From: Octopus sinensis
Lineage: Eukaryota
DNA: 43,273 nt
Direction: 5' to 3'
Assembly (NCBI RefSeq): GCF_006345805.1
Contig: NW_021834976.1
Coordinates: 1-43,273, forward strand
Shown: positions 37,600 through 43,273 of the stretch, piece after piece
Position numbering within the stretch: position 1 is the first letter of the stretch
Layout: every line of letters starts with the position of its first letter
Position numbers and translations under genes: made by a program
The notes under the pieces: generated by a model
Databases searched by the model: none
Seen by the model: the letters and a program-made list of their open reading frames with translations, nothing else
Told to the model about the DNA's origin: nothing

Positions 37600-40500
37600 G
37601 GCAAGTGCCCCTTTCTATCCCCTTTCTCCGACTACAAATCTATACTTAGAGAGGTACCATCCACTCTTGCCATTTTCGCAACTTTCACCCACCTTTCAAT
37701 AAACTCACCCAAGGACAGCATCTCCCTCTTCGCCCTTAATTTCCTTTTGAAGTGAAACTGGAAAAAGTCGATAAGGGCTCTACCAAAGGAGAATGTCTCT
37801 GTCCTCATGCTTTTCAACTTCGCTTACCAGATGACCTCTTTCGCCACAACCACCAGGCAAAGCAAAACTGCGTCACCTGCCCGAGGGACAGCCATCTTTA
37901 TCCATGACTCCTTTTCACTTGATGCCAAGGACATATTTTCCAATGGCTACTGTGAATCGGTATCACTATTCAGCAAGGCAAGGACATAACATGTTTTTTT
38001 TTGGTCTTACAGGCCTCCCCAGGCACCTCTAAAGTGCTTTGAAGAGTGCCTTAGCAAAGTCAAGTCCTTCCTTCGGAAGTACCACTCGACGAAACATACT
38101 AGTGATGGGTGATTTTAACCTCCTTATGTGAACTGGCCACAAATACTCTGAAGTTAGGCAAGTGCTCTACATCAGATAGAGCAGCAGCAGAACTGCTCTT
38201 TAATCTGATGGATGAATATTCCTGACTCAGCTAGTGCTTGAACCAACGAGGCAGAATAAAACGACCTTGGATTTGGTATTGACCAATCACTCTAGCTTCG
38301 TTCACAGTATTTCAGTTGAAAAAACTCTCCTCTCAGACCACGACATGGTACTCTGCAATTTTAATTCCCGACATATAAAAACCAAACCAGCCAATCCCAC
38401 TCCATGGCACCCATTTGACAACATAAACTTCCACAAAGCGGACTGGGGAGCAATCAGAAAGGATCTGTCTTCCATCGACTGGTCTTTTACTCTCAATTCC
38501 ACCCATATTGAGACCGCGTGGCAGCACTTTGAAAACATTGTCACCTATACATGTTCTAAACACGCTCCCACGAAATCTACTAACACAAACAGAAACCGGC
38601 TCCCTAAAAAGAAAAAAAAAACACTCATCAGGCGCATCAAAAGACTCAACAAAAAAATCAACCAATTAAAATATTCCCACACACAACATCCACATTCAAC
38701 AACAATGAAAAGGCTAGAGCTGGAAAAACTTCATCTGCAGACCGACATGAAAACCTCCATTGAAAATCAAAGAGCTGTGGAGGAACAGTGGGTAATCAAA
38801 AACATCAAACAGAACCCAAAAGTGTTCTATTCTTATGCAAATAAGCATAGAACCACTGTCTCACCCATTGGGCCATTGATTGATGATAACGGTATTCCCC
38901 AACACGATGCTAAAGAAATGGTAGAAATACTGCAGAAACAATACTGCTCTGTCTTTAGTGTTCCCACTGATATTGACGTAAGAGAAGCGAACGAAGTTGA
39001 CTCCCAACATAAAATCTCAGACATAACCTTCACTGCCACTGACATCGTAGCAGCAATAAATGAGGTCAAATACTACTCTGCTGTAGGCCCTGATAGATTC
39101 CCCGCTAGTCTCCTGAAGGAATATAGACACCAACTTGCAGTCCTTCTGACCAACCTCTGGAGAAATTCGTTAGACGCAGGTTATATACCGAAACAGTTTC
39201 TATCCCAGTCGGTCATCTCGGTTTTCAAACAGGGAAACAGATCCCTCGCAGTCAACTATCCCACATCATTAAAGTGTTTGAAAGAGTGTTAAGATCAAGG
39301 ATAGCTGACTTCCTGGAGACCCACAAACTACTAAATACAAATCAGCATGGCTTTCGCTGTGGCAGGGACTGTCTAACACAGCTCTTACACCGCATTGGAG
39401 ATGTACTCAAAGCCTTGGGAACAGGTTCGAACTCTGACGTCATATATCTTGACTTCAGTAAAGCGTTCGACAGGGTAGACCATAATATCCTACTCTCAAA
39501 ATTGGCAAATGTTGGAATCCGTGGAAAAGTTCTACACTGGATTAAGTATTTCCTGGCGAATAGAACACAACATGTTGTAGTTGATGGAGTCCACTCAAGC
39601 CCAGCAAAAGTCACCAGCGGTGTTCCCCAGGGGACTGTCTTGGGTCCGCTACTCTTCATAATTTACATAAATGACCTTTCCAGTGTCGTACATTACTGCA
39701 AAGTGAAAATATTTGCTGATGACACTAAGCTCCAGCAAATCGTCAATGAAGAAGCAGACCGAACTCAACTCCAGTCTGATCTATATGCTGTGAGTCAATG
39801 GGCAGACAGAAACAAAATGCAACTGAACGAGGGCAAATTTGAGCTGATGCATTTTGGAAGAAACTCCTCACTAAAACAACCATACTCTCTTCCTTCAGAG
39901 GAACCGCTCACAGCCTCTAGCAATATCAGAGACCTGGGTGTAATTGTTGATGACGATCTCAGTTGGAGTGCACACATCAACAAGAAGGTCGATATAGCTC
40001 GTAGGATGAGTTCCTGGATCTAAGAACTTTCCGGTCCAGAGAACAAGGTGTCATCATACCACCTTTCTCCTCCTTTGTACGGCCACACCTTGAATATTGC
40101 TGCCCCCACTGTGGTCTCCCCATACAAGACAAAACATCTCCAGGATTGAGTCACCCCAGAGGGCACTCACTAAACGAATTGAAGCCATGGCTGCTCTCTG
40201 CTCTCGATTATGGGATCGCCTTAAAGCCTTGAAACTTACTCTCTCCAGCGTCGCCGTGAGCGGTACATCATTTGTACGATGTGGGAAGAATATACCGCCA
40301 ACTTTGCCCAAACGACCTTAACATTAGCTTCAAGGTTCATCCAAGACTGGGACCACGGGCCATACGTCCCCTGCCCAATTCAAGATCACAGCATACATGT
40401 ACACTGCAACATAATTTCTTTTCCTCAACAGGGCCCATGCCCTATTTAACATTGTCCCGAGGGAGATCAAAGAGGAAAAGGATCCCATCAACTTCAAATA

Positions 40501-40705
40501 AACGGAGTTTGGATAGTCCTTCAAAGAATACCAGATAAGCCACCCATAATTGGATACAACTCACCCAACAGAACTCACTACTTGAATGGACCATAAACAA
40601 AACTTGTCTTAAACAGGATTCGAATAATCCTATCAGGTGGCGCTATTAAGTTAGACATGGCCTGGACCAATCTTTGGTCGAAACATATCTAAGTTAATCT
40701 AAGTT
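37600..40705 (+). pseudogene. Near full-length CR1/L2-group LINE ORF2 (APE endonuclease and RT), frameshifted, 3' end intact
   Basis: YRPP, GDFN, PTR..TTLDLVLTN, SDH; YLDFSKAFDRVDH, SGVPQGTVLGPLLF, IFADDTKL; 3' stem-loop gaccaa-tct-ttggtc (40665-40679) then (atctaagtt)x2 tail. Confidence 0.92.
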
Positions 40706-40743
40706 TATATATACATATATATACATATACATATATATATTTA

Positions 40744-40860
<117 letters not shown>

Positions 40861-41014
40861 GAGTGGCTGTGTGGTAAGAAGCTTGCTTACCAACCACAAG
40901 GTTTCATGTTCAGTCCCTCTGCGTGGCAGCTTGGCCAAGTGTCTTCTACTATAGCCTCGGACCGACCAAAGCATTGAGTGGATTTGGTAGACGCAAACTG
41001 AAAGAATTCCGTCG

Positions 41015-41015
<1 letters not shown>
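40861..41015 (+). mobile_element. SINE family 1, head half
   Basis: Family consensus match. Confidence 0.8.
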
Positions 41016-41095
<80 letters not shown>

Positions 41096-41348
41096 AAAGC
41101 GAAGTGTTAAAGAGAAGTCACTAAAAATGGACGCCGCTCTCGTCACATCTAGATTCTCCCGCGTCTTCTATAATCTCGCCGCTGACTTTGATTGATTGAA
41201 GCCAATCGATACACAACAACAAGACGATGAGGTCTGGTAAGGTCAGACTGGAGCAAACCACACATTTTACTTTCAATCATTTCATCAACGAAACAAATGG
41301 CCCCTCTACCACATTCTCCGTTTTTGTTCATTAATGCCATATTTATAT

Positions 41349-41396
<48 letters not shown>

Positions 41397-41865
41397 CATT
41401 ATCTGTCTGTCTGTCTGTCTCACTCGACCCCCTCCCTCTCTCTCTCTCTCCATCCAGTATTTTATTCTTTGGCACAACACACTTCCACAGTTTAACTAAT
41501 CGATGCTCAACACTATGACTCTGCACTCGCCTGACTCCCGATCGACCAACATCGTTAAGTCTAGCAAATGGGTTGGTGGGGGAAGAGGAGGAGAGGCGTC
41601 GAGACACGCAGTCACACACACACATACATACATGCATGCAAACATACACATACATATATGCATACATGCATACAGTCACACACACATACATGCGTACAGT
41701 CATACATACATACATGCATACACATACACATACACACATTCACATATACATACACACACACATACATTCATACATACTCATATACATGCATACAGTCATG
41801 CATACATGAACACATGTATGCATGAACGCATACATACATGCGTACATACAAAATGTACGCGTATA

Positions 41866-41965
41866 TAAGTCAACCTCGGCGGAATTCGAACTCAGAACGT
41901 AAAGACAGACGAAATGCGTTAAGCATTTTCTCCGACGTGCTATCGATTCTGCCAACTCGTCTCTT
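41866..41965 (-). mobile_element. SINE family 2 head
   Basis: Reverse complement of the family head. Confidence 0.75.
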
Positions 41966-42039
41966 TAAACGTCTTCCAGATTTAATCTTCAGATGAAACT
42001 CGACGCGGTGGCCAGAGCAGAAAGGAACAGGATTACAAA

Positions 42040-42185
42040 GGAAATCACCTACAGATGAAGTTCCCTATACTTTGACCGATGGCTCAAAAGAACTACGATG
42101 GAACTTCAAGATTAAAACAACCACTAAGTGAAAACACAACCGATCAGATATCGTTGTGTGGGACCACAAGGAAGAGATATGCTCT
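42040..42185 (+). pseudogene. Fragment of a restriction-like endonuclease domain of an R4/Dong/NeSL-type non-LTR element
   Basis: ELRWNFKIKTTTK*KHNRSDIVVWDHKEEIC resembles the HNRPDIVV motif. Confidence 0.65.
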
Positions 42186-42254
42186 GCCATGGCAACTAGC
42201 CGCACTCTGGTCACGAATGTGATGAGAAAAATACCATCTCTAGCAGGCAGGTGT

Positions 42255-42299
42255 CCAGTACCGATGAAGGGTAAAGACCCAGAAACCATGGTCTACTGG
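42255..42299 (+). ncRNA. Minimal hammerhead (U4C variant), predicted cleavage after 42293
   Basis: CCAGUA-CCGAUGA-A-GGGU(aaag)ACCC-A-GAAAC-CAUG-GUC/UACUGG; perfect 6-bp stem I. Confidence 0.85.
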
Positions 42300-42461
42300 T
42301 CTGGCCAAACTAGAGGGGAGTGATTCGCTCCCTTACTCACAACATATCGGACACAAGTTGTGTGTCGTTAACCAGCTGGAAAAGACGTTTTCCGGGGTTA
42401 AAATGTAGTAACCATAGTTCTTTATAGAACAGCCGTGTTATAGTGGCGAAAAAAAGTTACC

Positions 42462-42499
<38 letters not shown>

Positions 42500-42506
42500 T
42501 ATATTA

Positions 42507-42669
42507 TAATGGCTCTGTGGTAAGAAGCTTGCTCCCCAACTACATGGTTCTGGATTCAGTCCCACTGCGTGAAACCTTGGGCAAGTGTATTCAACTATGA
42601 CATCGGGCCGAACAAAACTTGGGAGTGTATTTGGTAGACAGAAACTAAAAGAAGCCCATCGCGTGTGTG

Positions 42670-42711
<42 letters not shown>

Positions 42712-42965
42712 GTATATATATATATATATCATATATATATATAATATATATATATGTGTGTGTGGTGTGTGTGTGTGTATGTGTGTTTGTCGGCATCAGT
42801 ATGTTTACGTCCCCGTAACTTAGCGGTTCGGCAAGAGACCGACAGAATAAGTACGAAGCTTAAGAAAAAATATGTACGGGGGTGAATTTATTCGACTAAA
42901 AATTCTTCAAGGCGGTGCCCCAGCATGGCCACAGTCTAATGACTGAAGCAAGTAAACGATAAAGT
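42507..42965 (+). mobile_element. SINE family 1, diverged
   Basis: Head, microsatellite and tail recognisable. Confidence 0.8.
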
Positions 42966-43089
42966 TACATATATAAAAGCACCCATTGACAAGGGGGTCA
43001 GTGCGGCACTGCGGCCCTGCGGCCCTGCGGCCCTGCAGCGGATCTAGGGCGAGGAAGCCTGGCAGGGCTCGTCCTTCTGCAGGCTAAAA

Positions 43090-43212
43090 TCATTTTTGCC
43101 AGCTGAGTGAAGTGTTTTTTTTACTCAAGAACACCACACACCGCCCAGTGTAGGGATCGAAACCCCAATCTTACGATCGTGAATCCAATACCTCCTAACC
43201 ACTAAGTGCATA
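43090..43212 (-). mobile_element. SINE family 3 head, diverged
   Basis: Similar to 18385-18512. Confidence 0.6.
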
Positions 43213-43273
43213 CGTACGTACATACATACATAGATACATACGTACAGAGTGGGTGGGTAAGTAGCTTGCTAAC

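Noticed and set aside
40660-40690. cctg-gaccaa-tct-ttggtc-GAAAC as a hammerhead
   Set aside because: Lacks ANGA of the core; better explained as the LINE 3' recognition stem-loop.

Overview
Eukaryotic, repeat-dense DNA with no convincing host gene. It is most likely Octopus (coleoid cephalopod), inferred from the SINE families and microsatellite load. Almost all supplied ORFs are artefacts of microsatellites or SINEs. Conventional content: about 19 copies of a tRNA-derived SINE with a central (TA)n/(TG)n tract, a second tRNA-SINE that also forms a 19-unit 184-bp tandem array, a third SINE, two decayed RTE LINEs, a near full-length decayed CR1-type LINE, a Penelope-like element (RT thumb plus GIY-YIG), an R4/Dong-type RLE fragment, non-autonomous Helitrons, Tc1 and pogo remnants, and mini/microsatellites. 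The unexpected result is about 13 hammerhead ribozyme (HHR) motifs, found by hand-folding. Most have a short palindromic helix III (the dimer type known from Penelope-like elements and retrozymes) and non-canonical core variants. Many sit inside fold-back or palindromic elements inserted in AT-rich sites. The motif at 6927-6990 appears to be non-circularly permuted. None of the folds or family assignments has been computed or tested.
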